From the NCBI GenBank assembly GCA_013239625.1, contig MU056050.1:30337-94336 (forward strand): DNA of 64,000 nt, read 5' to 3'. A model generated the notes under the pieces. That model was not told where the DNA came from. It was given only the letters and a program-made list of their open reading frames with translations, and did not search any database. This document shows positions 25,591 to 37,979 of this stretch, piece by piece; position 1 is the stretch's first letter; the number at the start of each line of letters is the position of its first letter. This DNA comes from Lama guanicoe. Lineage: Eukaryota. The position numbers and the translations under genes are program-made.

Positions 25591-27034
25591 TAAATTGAAG
25601 TATACTTTATTTACAGTATTACATTAGTTTTATGTGTACAGTATAGTGATTCAGGGGTTTTTTTGAAGATTATATTCCATTATAGTTACTACAAGATATT
25701 GGATATACTTCCCTGTGCTATACAGTAAATCCTTGTTGCTTATCTATTTTATGTGTAATGGTTTGTATCTGTTAATCTCATACTCCTAATTTGTCCCTCT
25801 CCCCCTACCACCTTTGGTAACCATAAGTTTTCTGTCTGTGAGTCTGTTTCTCTTTTGTATATGGATTTGTTTGTATTGTTTTTAAGATTCCATGTATAAA
25901 TGATAATCATATATTATTTGTCTTTGTCTGGCTTATTTCACTAAGCATAATACCCTCCAAGTCCATCCATGTTGGCAAAATTTCATTCTTTTATGGCTGA
26001 GTAGTATTCCATTGTATATATATGCCACATCTTTATTCATTCATCTATTGATGGGTACTTGGGTTGTTTCCATGTCTTGGATATTGTAAATAGTGCTGCT
26101 ATGAACATTGGGGTACATGTATCTTTTCAAATTAGAGTTTTCTCCAGATGTATGTCCAGGAGTGGGTTTGCTGGATCATGTAATAACTCTATTTTTATTT
26201 TTTGAGGAATCTCCATACTGTTTTCCATAGTGGCTGCACCAATTTACAATCCCACCAACAGTATAGGAGGGTTCCTTTTCTCCACACCTTCTCCAGCATT
26301 TATTTGTAGATTTCTTGATAATAGCCATTCTGACTGGTATGAGGTGATACCTCACTGTGGTTTTGATTTGCATTTCTCTAATAGTTAGCAATGTGGAACA
26401 TCTTTTCACATGCCTATTGGCCATCTGTATATCTTCTTTAGAGAAATGTCTTAAGTCTTCTGCTCATTTTTTGATTGGGTTGTTTTTTTCAATATTGAGA
26501 TGTATGAGCTGTTTGTACACTTTGGCTATTAACCCCTTGTTGGTTGCATCATCTGCAAATATTTTCTCCCATTCCATAGGTAGTCTTTTCATTTTGTTGA
26601 TGGTTTCCTTTGCTGTGCAAAAGCTTTTAAGTTTGATTAGGTCCCATTTGTTTAATTTGCTTTTATTTCTTTTGCCTTGAGAGACTGATCTAAGAAAATA
26701 CTGTTAAGATTTATGTCAAAGAATATTTCACCTATGTTCAAAAAGAGGAATTTTATGGTGTCATGTCTTACATTTAGGTCTTTAAACCATTTTGAGTTTA
26801 TTTTGTGTGTGGTGTGAGGGAGTGTTCTAATTACATTGATTTACATGCGGCTGTCCAGCTTTCCCAACACCATTGGTTGAAGAGGCTATTTTTTCTCCAT
26901 TGTGTATTCTTGCCTCCTTTGTTGAAGATTAATTGACCTTAGGTGTGTGGGCTTATTTCTGGGCTGTCTGTTCTGTTCCAGTGATATATGTGTCTGTTTT
27001 TGTGCCAGTACCATGGTGTTTTGATTACTGTAGC
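25591..27034 (-). mobile_element. 5'-truncated L1 (ORF2 C-terminus plus 3'UTR) with perfect 16-bp TSD
   Basis: ORF 26176-26424 ([28 protein letters not shown]) is L1 ORF2; TSD tgacaaaagaattttt at 25575-25590 and 27035-27050. Confidence 0.9.
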
Positions 27035-30000
27035 TGACAAAAGAATTTTTGATTAAAAAAAAAGATTTGTACAGGACAATTAAGTAACTATCTATTACCC
27101 TTCCTTTCTTTTTGATGTCAGACTCCTTTAAATTGTACTGTATGTTTATTGCCAACTTATTTTTCTTCCTTCCATTTTTCTCTACAGTCCCTTAAATATG
27201 ACTCCTATCTTACCATCTTTTTTTTTTTTAATTCCTCAGGGACTTACCAAACCCCCAAACCCAGGTCTCAGTCTTCTTTATTTCTTTGTACTTCTCAGCA
27301 CAGTTGGCTACTTTCTCGTTCTTGAAATTCCCTCTCTTGGTTTCCATGAGCTGCACTCTATGAGATTTTCTTCTGTCTCTCCAACTGCTCCTTCTCTGTC
27401 TGCTTTGCTGATTGTCTTCTACCTGCTCCTTGAGGTGTAGTTTTGCCCAAAGCCCAGTCTTAGCACTCTTGAATTCTCATGAATTCTCACTTTACCCTTT
27501 ATCCCTTTACGATGTTTTCTGCTCTCGTGGATTCAACCATCATCCCTTTGCACTGATGATTTACAAATCTATCCTTTATCTCTGCTCTGTCTCCCAAATG
27601 CCAGGATCATAATTCTAACAGTTCATTGAATCGCACATGAATCTCAGATTCAACATGTGCGGCCCTAACTGTTTACCACCACAAGCCTGTGCTCCCTACA
27701 TTGGGTAATGGCATTACCACCCTTCAGTCACCATGCTCTAAACTTCACAGCTGTTTGACACTCTCCCTTCTAATCGTCTTCAAATTCGTAAATTCTCTGA
27801 TTCTCCCTTTTTTTCTGATTCTCATTGCCAGGCCCTCATTGGGACTTGCTTTTACAACTTATTATTACCACCAACTACTACTTGATCCCTAACTTTAGCT
27901 TCCATCTCTCCTCTCCCACCCCCAGCAGCCTGTGTCACCCTCCCAGAATATGAATGTGCTCATGAAACTCATTTGCTTGAAATATCTCCTGGTTCCCCCT
28001 TACATATAGAATAACTGACAGTTGCGCCCAGCAGGGCCACATCTTTATTTCTTCCCTTTCAACCTTACGTCCTATGATACTCCAGTCTCCCTTCCATCGT
28101 GCACAGTCTGTGGATCCCTGATATTCCTCCATCTCCTGGACATACCTGCCTGCTCCCGGCCTGGGGCCTTGGCTCAAGTCTTTTCTGCTTGAGCTGTGTA
28201 CTGTATTGAATTCCTAATCATTCCCTGCATCCAGGCTCAGTTCTCACTGCTAGCCAATAACTCGGGTAAGGGTCAATGAATTAGAGGTAGTTTTCGTCAA
28301 TAACACAGAAGCAACAATGCAGATAATAGCAGTAGCTCACGTGAATCAAGTACTTACCTACTGTGCCAGGCACTGTCCTCTGTGTCTAACCTGTACAGAT
28401 GCTTGTGTTCTTCGCAGTAACTCCTCACCTGACATCTTCAGTGTCAATGTGGACGTGGATACAGACTGACCGCACTCTTGATCCCTTTACTCCAGCACCA
28501 GCTAATGTTGACTGAGAGCTTACCATGGGTCTTATCTTTATTCCTTTATTTAAACTTCATAGCACCATAAGGCAGGTGCCATTGTGATACCCATTCTACA
28601 GATGGGGAAACTGAGGCACACAGAGGTCAGCCAACTAGCAGGGTCACGGAGCGAGTAAATGGTCGGGCTGGGCAGTCTGCCTCCATAATGTGTGGCTTCT
28701 TTCTGTGGTGTGGGCCGATCTGCCTCTCCAGACTCTGAGAACCCACAGCACAAGGGCTGGGTCATGTGGGAGCCCATGATTGGGTTAACAAATTGTAACA
28801 GACCCTTCTGCTTGCCAAAACCCCCAGGGTCAGGCATTGTGACATGCCCCAACACTGCCCAGCACAGGGCCCTGTATACCAGCAGCCAACACTGGCTTAT
28901 TGACTGAAGCTCACAGGTACAAAAAGGTGCAGGAGGGACATTATTTCACAAGAAAACATCCTCTCCTCATTGCAAACCGCCCAAGGACAACCGTCTCCCC
29001 TCTCACAGACCCTCATGAATAAATAAATAAATAGAAGGTGACTGAAGTGGTGAATATAAAGCAGTGCGGTATGGTCATCTGTAAAGTTTTGGTGAAAATA
29101 TTCAATCCCAAAGTGTTAGTGCCCATGATGTAAGTAACCTCCACTCTCCAAGACAAGCTCCCAAAGAGCCCATTAATGATATGGACACAAATCTCACCTC
29201 CTCTCCTCCACACCTGCCCTAAAGTGTCATTAATAATGAGAAATTTGAAGAATTTATAAATGGAATTAATTAACGAAAAAAATGATTAATGTTCTTTAGG
29301 ATAAAGGTACCTAAGAGGCTGTTTAATCAAATCCCCTTGTCCCCTTGAAGGCAGGTTTGTTGTCTCCCTGCTCTTCTCTATTACAACTCACTGGTGGAAG
29401 ACAGGCCACATCTTTAAGTGCAGTGAGTGGAACCACCTCATCATCAGGGCAGAGCTTGTCTATGAGTGAGGTTGAGCCATTCCATCCTCGTTTAATGTCT
29501 TTTTTAAAAGGGATGATAATAATGGTGGTCATGCAGGTAAAAATCGGATAAATCATGTGATGCATAGGACCCATGGTTAGAAGCTATTCTTAGTATTCAG
29601 GATATTAAAAAAAACTATTTTTCTCTCCAGGAAATGAATGGTCCCCATGCCCCCCACCCCTGGGGGACAGACAGAGCAATGCAGGGTGAGGCATAGCCCC
29701 TCCAGTCCAGGTTGAACTTCCAACCCCTGAAGTTCACTCACTCAAGAGAAAATTTGCAAAGTTTTCAGGATTTTAACACGTCCTAGGGCCCCTGTAAACA
29801 CCTCTTGAAGAACCATAAAGCCCTCAGTCTGACCTGGTTCTTAATTTGACCCTTCTCAGTGGGAAACAGGAAGTTAGAGGAGAGACAGGGTGGGAGGAGA
29901 AGGGAGGGAGATGGGGTGTAAGTTCCCCAGGGCACCGCTGTGGAAGATGTAAACTCCCTGGTCTTCAGCACACGCCCAAGTAAAGGGCAAACGTGCGCCT

Positions 30001-30399
30001 TTGTAGGGTGCCTGCAGCCAGAGGTGGACGATGCATGCTCCACAATTATGTGCAAAGTCCAAGGAAGGGCCCCTTGCACTGTAAGCGTTCTTGGATACAC
30101 TAAGCACTGGCAAGTTCTACACTGTTACTACAAATCTGGAGTACTTGTTGCATCTGCAAGGGACAGGTTGGGTTTCTTGCAGCGGGCACTGCAAACCCAG
30201 CCCCCAAATCCCACTACCATGCGCCTCCCGGAGCCCAGAAGGCTCTGCTTCAGCGTTGTTGCAAAAACCCAGAGCAGGCCGTCCCCTAGCTAATCATTTC
30301 ATCTGAATCACTGGATCGTTGCTTCAGCCAGCTGGGGCTGCTGGGGACCTCACGCTTTCTCCAGCCCCATCTCTGCGTCTCTCGCTCCGGGGGAACTAA

Positions 30400-30900
30400 A
30401 AGCAACAGAGCTGCGCCTGTCAAGGGCCAGGCGGAGAGACATGCTCCCAACACTGCTCCTGGGCTCGGAGGCGAGTGAGGTCTGGTTCCTCGCCCCTCCC
30501 CAGCCCCAAGTCGGCTCGCGCAGTGCAGCAAAGCCCCTTCCTCAGGGCAGTCATCCCGCCCGAGCAGGGCCTAGTCAGCTAAGCCACAAGTCGGAGCTCC
30601 AACTCCCCCAACCGGCGCGCCCCCGCCAGGACCCTCCCTGCACACACCCCACAACTCTATGGCCACGCCCCGGCCTCAGGCGCCCAGCACTGCCCCTGCA
30701 GCCAACACACTGTAACCCGGACCAGGCGCCGGAAAGAGGACCTGACCCCGCCACTGGCCCCACATCTAACCCCGATGAGGGCATTCCCGCGGATCCAGCT
30801 CAGAGTCAGCTTCATCCACAGCACTCAAGACGGGGAGCCTGGGCTCGGGGGCAGCCTTGACGATACTATCACTGCCTGGAGTTGACGGAGACTGGGAAGG
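30400..30900 (+). promoter_or_regulatory. CpG-rich region upstream of and covering exon 1 of the RHOXF2-like pseudogene
   Basis: Locally high GC and CpG density (ccggcgcgcccccgcc, gcgccggaa) directly 5' of the exon-1 remnant. Confidence 0.5.
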
Positions 30901-31909
30901 ACTGCGTGGTCAGTGCTCGGACCCGTACAAATGCTTTGGCAAAGTCCAGGAAATGTCCTTTCCTGGTGAAAGGCGAGTGGACAGGACGCTGCTGCTGTTC
31001 TCAGTTGCAGTCCTTCGTCTCCCTATAGCCTCTCCCTTTCCCTTTCCCCCTTTTCAGATATGAAGCCTCCCCAGATCTCAGGGATGGTAGCGGGAGAAGA
31101 GGAGGAAATAAGGTCCGAACAGGGGCGGGGGAGGACGAGGTGGCAGTGGCCAGGAGCCTGAGGGGCTGAAGTCTGGGGACAGGCAGCATCACCTCTACTG
31201 CATCACATTTACCCCTTTGCAGCTACAGATGGAGAGCCTCTTACACCACACTGGACACCCCCATGTGTTCCCTGTGTATGAGGCTTGCTCCTGGAGGTGC
31301 CTAGTTCTGTTGTTTCTGGATGCCTCTGGCCCTCTTCCAGAGTCCCTTCTCTCCTTTTCATAGCCCAAAGCTGCCACTAGGGCCCCCTTCCCCAGGACTC
31401 TGGGGTGGGGTCAGTGTCTACTAGGCATCAAGGTAAATATTTTCATGCAGTATTTAAATCCACCAAGTAGGGAAACTGGCGAGAGACTTGTTCTGTAAAT
31501 AACGTTTTATTGGAACCATTCATGAGGCACGGTGAAGCAAGTACAGGGTCAGATGCTACCTATGTTTAAATTTAGGTAGTATTTTCATTATGGATTATTT
31601 TTGCACTAATTTTGATACTTGTTAAATACTGCATTAAAACATTATTTATCTTGATTCCTGATTTTTTTGGTGCCACATTAAATTTTGTACAGAAGAGGAA
31701 ACCACCCTCTAAAGCAAGCCTTGAGTTGGATATTATAGAAAAGTATACTGGGGTAGGGGGCCTGAGGGGAATAGAAATTTTAAAACAAGCATGAAATAAC
31801 ATCTGTATATTTAATTTCATCCACATTTCCAATTACCAAACATTTGTGGCTCCCTCCCCTCAGGAAGGAGCTTGCAATATGCATGAATGAGACCGAAGCT
31901 AGAATGCAG
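30832..31909 (+). pseudogene. RHOXF2-like unprocessed pseudogene: exon 1 about 30832-30908, exon 2 31058-31275, exon 3 31864-31909; terminal exon absent
   Basis: Exon 1 TILSLPGVDGDWEGLR|GTCAGT (cf. RHOXF2 TSLLSPAVDDEKELQ), with no ATG (GGG GAG CCT where M-E-P is expected). Exon 2 DMKPPQISGMVAGEEEEIRSEQG runs to TGA 31159-31161, then in another frame FTPLQLQMESLLHHTGHPHVFP|GTATGA. Exon 3 is exactly 46 nt (KELAICMNETEARMQ) with CAG/GTCAGT sites. Confidence 0.85.
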
Positions 31910-32429
31910 GTCAGTAAACCTGAAAAAAGCAACTTGGCAGGGCAGCCATTCTAAAGCCTGCTTCAGGACTTGGACACCTTGTCCTATACATGATTGGAAA
32001 ATAAGTTTTAAACTTTGGGGGCTTTAATGGGTAGTAAACGGGATGAGTAAATTCCAACTTGTGGAAATTGCCCATTACCAATGGGAACATGAGTTCCCAA
32101 GGGGGAAAAAAATAGAACCACTTTTCCTACACCTGTGCTGCCTGTCTATCTATGTAAGTGTATATAGATATACTTTCTTCCAGGGTGACAGTTTTTCCAA
32201 AATGTTTTTCCACCAGATTCAGATTCTTCATAGCACATCATCAAGAGCAGTTCACCAAAGGCCTGACAAATGAAGTGAATAAATGCAAACTGCATCGTGT
32301 TTTTATAAGGCACATTTTCGTACTTTCAGTAAAGATGTGAATTCCCTCGTATACTTGTTTTTGTGTGCCAAGTGGGGTATGGGTAAGAATCGCTAAGGAA
32401 TATCAAGGTGGTCTCTTTTCATGAGGTGA

Positions 32430-33080
32430 CATCCCTAACTCACTGTCAATAGGCCCTGCACTTCTCAGATACATACATGTACAAGACAGGGTGGGGAAGG
32501 TCCCTACTGAGAGAACAGTATGTTGCAAGACATGGTCGAGCTCCATGATGAGAAGCTCAGGCACAATCCTGGACTCTCAGGAATCTTCTTAAGAAGCCCA
32601 CTATTCATAGGGCTTTATCCGAAGTTGGCATCCAAACACTCACCTAGTTTTCTTCTAGATGCTCCAAATTCTGTTCACTGCTCTCCCTTCTTGCGGAGCA
32701 TATAGGGGAATGGAAACCATTCTGGCCCAAAGGAACTGCTGCTTCAAAGTAAACACAAGAGGAGATGCCATCAACGCCAGAAAGAGGCTCTTCTCCCTTT
32801 TCTCCCCTCCCCCCACCACAGAGGCCATATTATTGTGTCTTCCCAGCTAAGAAGTGACAGTCATGTCTTCAAATGTATTTTGTCTCATTCAGCATCCTTG
32901 AGAGAACCCTGGTTCCTGATGACTAAACACTAAAAGGGAACCTTTTGGTTTAGTGCTGCTGGAAGCAAAAGGGATTCCCCTGATGAATATTCCAGATTAA
33001 TGAATCATTGAAAAGAAGCAGTGAGACCTTGGATTTCTTTAAGCTGTCTTCCTCATGTGAAACTGTCAGGCTAGAAAACG
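32430..33080 (+). repeat. Diverged paralogue of the RHOX 3' flank at about 3900-4640
   Basis: Shared colinear words, e.g. ttcagcatccttgagaga, ttggtttagtgctgc, aaaagaagcag, ttctgttc...ccctt...ggag...gaaacca. Confidence 0.75.
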
Positions 33081-33099
33081 AAAATAAAAATGAAGTGTG

Positions 33100-33376
33100 A
33101 TAAGAACTGAGGAATTACTGTTAAGTATTAGGCATTGTAATGGTAATGTGGTTACGTTTAAATAAGAATGTCTATCTTTTAAAGAAACATGCTGAATTGT
33201 TTATAAATGAAGTGATATCTGGAATTTGTTTCAAAATAATTGGGGGCTGGTGGCAACTTCCCACAAGTTGATAATTATTCAAGTTGGGTGGTGTGTATAT
33301 GGGAGATCATTACACTGTTCTCTATACTTGTATATATATATTTGACCTTTGCCATAATGAAAATTAAAGAAAAAAA
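33100..33376 (+). mobile_element. Old L1 (L1MC/ME-like) 3' end
   Basis: taatggtaatgtggtt...gaaacatgctgaattgtttataaatgaagtgatatctggaatttgtttcaaaataat...A-rich end; a similar piece lies at about 33630-33880. Confidence 0.6.
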
Positions 33377-33443
33377 CCCTGGTCATTTATGTTTCTTCTT
33401 TTCCTTTTTCTGGGCTTTTTTGCTTTCCTTTTTGTATCTTCAT
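33364..33443 (-). pseudogene. NKAP exon 5 remnant (frameshifted, donor lost)
   Basis: Acceptor ttttcag then AT GAA GAT ACA AAA AGG AAA GCA AAA AAG CCC AGA...; matches DEDNKRRAKK then slips by 1 nt and reads on to TAA at 33364-33366. Confidence 0.75.
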
Positions 33444-35043
33444 CTGAAAATTTAAAAATATTAAAACTGAAAAAAAATTTACCTCTAAAACCTTAATACC
33501 TTTGACCAGATAAATATGCTTTTGCGATCCCATTTATTCTTACAGAAAAATTCATTCATTCACACATTTATGCTACAAACCATGCTAGACATGAAAAGCA
33601 TAGAAATTAAAGTCACACTAGGTATTTGATGATTTAGGAAATATTAATTTACTGGGTGAGATAATGGTATTGTAGTTAAGCAGGAACATGTTCTCTTTTT
33701 AAGAGTTGCATGCAGAAATATTTAGCATCGAAGTGTAGATGAAATTTGTATTTTACTTTACATACCTCAGCAAAAAACCTGTATTTTTAAAAAATATGTC
33801 AAAATACTAATAATTGTTAAAATTGAGGTGATATGTATATGATATTAATTATACTATTCCCTTTACTTTTCTGAATGTGAGAGTATTTTCCTGCTGTGTA
33901 TTGCGGGGGGATGCTTTCCAGGAGCTCAATCTAATGTAGGAGATAGAGATAAAGAGGTAAACAGAATCCCAGTGAGAGAAGGACGTGGGTGTTCTGGGCA
34001 CACAGAGGAAATCTCAAAATCAGGCTGATTTGGGGAGGGTGGTTGAGGAAAGGTTGACCAGGAAAAGGTGACTCTTAAGCTCATTCTTTTAAAATCAGTT
34101 TTTTTACAAAAATTCGGCATGCCACTGTTAAGATGAGTAAGCCAAGTCACAGGCAAGGAGAGACTGGCCTTGCAGGCAGACGGACTCTCTGTACCAAGTA
34201 AGAGAGTCATGAGAAAGGACGTGCGATATGGAGGAGACAGAATGTCATCCTCAGGCCACAGAGGATGCTGCAAGAGAGCGCAGGGTCTGTGTGATGAGAG
34301 AGCTCAACCAGGGTCTGAACTTCACCCTGAAGGCCACGGAGAGCTACTGAAGGATTCTAAATAAGGACCAACACGTTCAGATTTGTGCTTCAAGAAAGCT
34401 CAGCCTTCCAGCAGTGAGGAAGAAAAGTGACAATGGTGGCCAGGAAACCCAGGTGACATCAGAGGAAGGGGTGCCTCTGTGTAATGTGTCCCCAGGAGAC
34501 ACCCTCTATCAATCATCAGCTGGGAGAGGGCACAAAAAGGTGGTTTTTTGGGATGCATCGGCCCCCAGGGGGTGTCTTCCATAAATCAGCTGCCAGCCTG
34601 ACGGCTCCTCTGTGGTGCAGCTTTCTGAAAATTGTACAAAGTGCAATTGCCCACTGAGTGTGAGAATCGCACAAAAGAGCCACTCCACTGGGCTGATGCA
34701 GCCCCTATGACTTGGTTTGGCACCACACGCCTTGTACAGCTATACACAACCAATCTGGAGCCGCAGCACCTAGGTCTGAATCCCAACTGGGTGACCCTGG
34801 GTGCAGTATTTACAACCTGCTCCGAGCCTCCCTGTCCGCATCTCTAAGAGGTGAACTACAGTTACTGTGTGGATTAAATAGCAATAGTGCATATCAAGCA
34901 CTTAGCAGGGAGCCCCACACAAAGTCGGGAGTGTTCAAAACTCTTGGCTATTATTGTTTTTAAGAACCTTCCTCTAAAATGAACCTTGAAGAAGTAAAAA
35001 TAGTTTTGAAGCAAGGCGCGCAGAACGATGTTGGCTTCCTTAC

Positions 35044-35181
35044 CACTGGAGTCTGTTTCAGAATCAGAGTCACTGTCACTATCGTCAGAATACTTCCTGT
35101 GTTTTCTTTTAGATGATTTTTTCTTCCTCCTTTTCTTGGACCTTTCGTTTGAATGAGTAGACTTCTTCTTCTTCTTGTCGT
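35044..35181 (-). CDS. NKAP exon 4, intact (138 nt, phase 1-1)
   Basis: [46 protein letters not shown]; acceptor tgtag, donor gtaagg. Exon identity is secure; translation is unproven. Confidence 0.6.
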
Positions 35182-35345
35182 CTACATAAAATACGAAAAA
35201 ACAACTTCCAAAGAAGTATTTCTGAGCATCAATTTTATCGCATTTGAAATACTGGAAAGGAACTGATGATGGCAATTTGAGTAAAGTCTAATGTTCAACT
35301 ATTTACAAACTTCTTAAACTCCTCAATAAAAAATTTCCATATTTA

Positions 35346-35498
<153 letters not shown>

Positions 35499-36662
35499 TT
35501 AAAACTTTTCAGTAACAAACTGATTGTCCAAGAACCATTAAGAGCCAGCACCGGACTGCTTTTGTAACAGTACAGTTTAAGGGTCTACCACCTTCATAAT
35601 AACATAATAATCATTTTTATTTGCATAATGCTTTAGAGTTTACAAAGTGCTATTCACACTGAAAGCAGGATGTAAGATTTATATTTTCAGAAGAAACCAT
35701 AGGGAAAATGCAGGGAAACAGGAATCATAAGGAAAGATGAAAGAAACTGGAGATAAGAAGGCTGAGGGAAGATTTGGTGATTTTACTCTTCATGTGGAAC
35801 AGGCATATGGTAGAGCAGCAACTGTTCTGTCTCCCCAGAGCAAGAACCTAACACACTACAGTGTAAAGGGATTTCATCCTGTTGTAGAGAATTCCGAAAA
35901 TGAGTATCATTAACATGCTACAATAGTTTAGAATGGGAATTTCCATGTCATATAATCTTTTTCTCTGAAGTCACATCTAGAATAAAGGTATTGCCTAGAA
36001 AATTATATTTAGGGTGACTTCTCTAATTCTATGATTTCAGGTTCTTAAAAGAATATATGTAAGAACAAGTTTCTGATAATAATGCTTTATCAACTTGTCA
36101 CAAATTACAGGTTTATCTGTCAAGCACACTGTCTCAACTCAACCTAAAGCAGACACAGAAAGAGAGGAAAGGGAAGCAGCAGCTAATGAATAGCACCAAA
36201 CAGAAAAGAAATAAGGAAACAGAAGAAGCATTAAGCCTTTAGATAGTATTGGATATAGGAAAATTAACTAAAGAAAACCATACCAGCACATTCATTTCAA
36301 AAATCCCTTTGTAATGCTAAAATCTGGCATGCAACCTGCTATTGGGTTAGTTGAGGAAAAAATAATTCAAAATGAGATAAATGCATATTTGTTTTAACAC
36401 TGAACCCTTCTATGAATAAGAAATTAGTACCCCATGAATTATAATTTAAAGAGAACAAGTAGCATGCTGAAATCCACTGGCAACATGTTTTCTTATGTAT
36501 GTTCCATAGCTTTAAAATTTAAGGGATATAAAAGGAAAACTCACAAGAAAGAATAAATATGTGAAATGTACTTAGAGTTCTTCACTTAATAAAAAATTTA
36601 ACAATGGGCTCTGGATTTAACAAATGTCATATTTTTAAAAATACATTTTTTAAAAGACTTAC

Positions 36663-37136
36663 TCTGGTTCAAGATTATATTGTCAGCTAGGGCTGCCATA
36701 ACAAAATCCCACAGACTGGGTGGCTTAAACAACAGAAATTTATTCTCTCACCGTTCTGGGGGTTAAAAATCCAAGATCAAGGTATCATCAGGGTTGGTTT
36801 CTAGTAAGACCTCTCCTCCTGGCTTGTAGACCCCCAACCTTCTTGCTGTGTTGTCATGTGGCCTCTCCTCTGTGTCCTCTGTGCTCAGGTCAGGGGAAGG
36901 AGGCGGGGGGGAGAGAGAGAGACTGGTTAATTGAGATCTCTGGTGTCTCTTCCTCATCTTCTAAGGACACCAGTCCCATTGAATTAGGGCTGCTGCCTAA
37001 TACAGTCACTTTGAAGGTTAGGGCTTCAACATGTAAATTTGGGGGGCAGCCAGTTCAGTCTATAACAAGGATTCTTTGGAGAAAGTCCTCATGCTTCAGG
37101 AGCTCCCAATTCTCTAATCCTCTCTCACTAACTTTC
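36663..37136 (-). pseudogene. NKAP exon 2 remnant, split by the LTR
   Basis: GAA TTG GGA GCT CCT GAA GCA TGA GGA CTT TCT CCA AAG AAT CCT [LTR] GAA CCA GA|gtaagt = ELGAPEA*GLSPKNP..EP (NKAP ELGAPEVWGLSPKNPEP); stop at 37089-37091; acceptor appears to be TG instead of AG. Confidence 0.85.
36676..37067 (-). mobile_element. MLT1A/B-like MaLR solo LTR inserted inside NKAP exon 2
   Basis: ctagggctgccataacaaaatcccacagactgggtggcttaaacaacagaaatttatt...cagttcagtctataaca; 5-bp TSD aagat (36671-36675) / aggat (37068-37072). Confidence 0.85.
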
Positions 37137-37979
37137 CAGAAGATATGTGAATGTAAATTATAACTTGATGACTGAATTCTGTTATTTATATGTATATATA
37201 TTTTCACATTCAACAAGTTTAGTTATTCTATCCTCCCTTTATGTTTTAAACTTTAATAAAAACTTGGTATAAATGTAAACTCAACACTTAGGATCTGGTG
37301 TTCTGGTAGTTCTATCAAATGGCACAGACTACAGACAGCTGAGATGCCTGGCCAGAAATGCAGCCTGCGAGGCTGTCAAGTGTGTCCCTTCTGCTGCACG
37401 CATGACACAGCTCCTAACTGCTCATTTCATCCCCCGCAATACGTGACAGAAACAGTTTTACATTCGGAAATAACTTCATTTGTTTATGCATATTTATGAA
37501 AGGAAAAAGAAGTCTGTTCCAATTTGGTTAAAACTTTAGTTTTCAGAAACCCAAGAATTAGTAAGGACAACTTTTTAAAATGAAGCACTAGAAGAAGTAG
37601 AAAATAAAGGGAGCTCTGAAAAGTTCTATGTGACAAAAGTTGTATTCAATGAAATTCAGGGTTTGTTCTCTCTCTTGTTTTCCCTTTAGTTCCTTTTTAG
37701 AATAGGAGTACATTGTCTATCTGCTCTTTAGAGGACATTAAATTTTTTTTTGTTTTATTGTAATGTTTGTCATTTCTTCTATTTAATATTTGCTATTATT
37801 ACTCATAAACTGAAAAAAAAACTAACAGAGGCTTAATTCTCCCAACATTTAGCTGCTTTTGTCTCTGTTTTAAAAAATACTTACAAAATAAATATATTTG
37901 GTTTCATTGTTTGAATAAATTATTTTTTACTTCCTTATTCAGGGGAAAAGGTATTATAACTATACAGATTTGGACTCAC

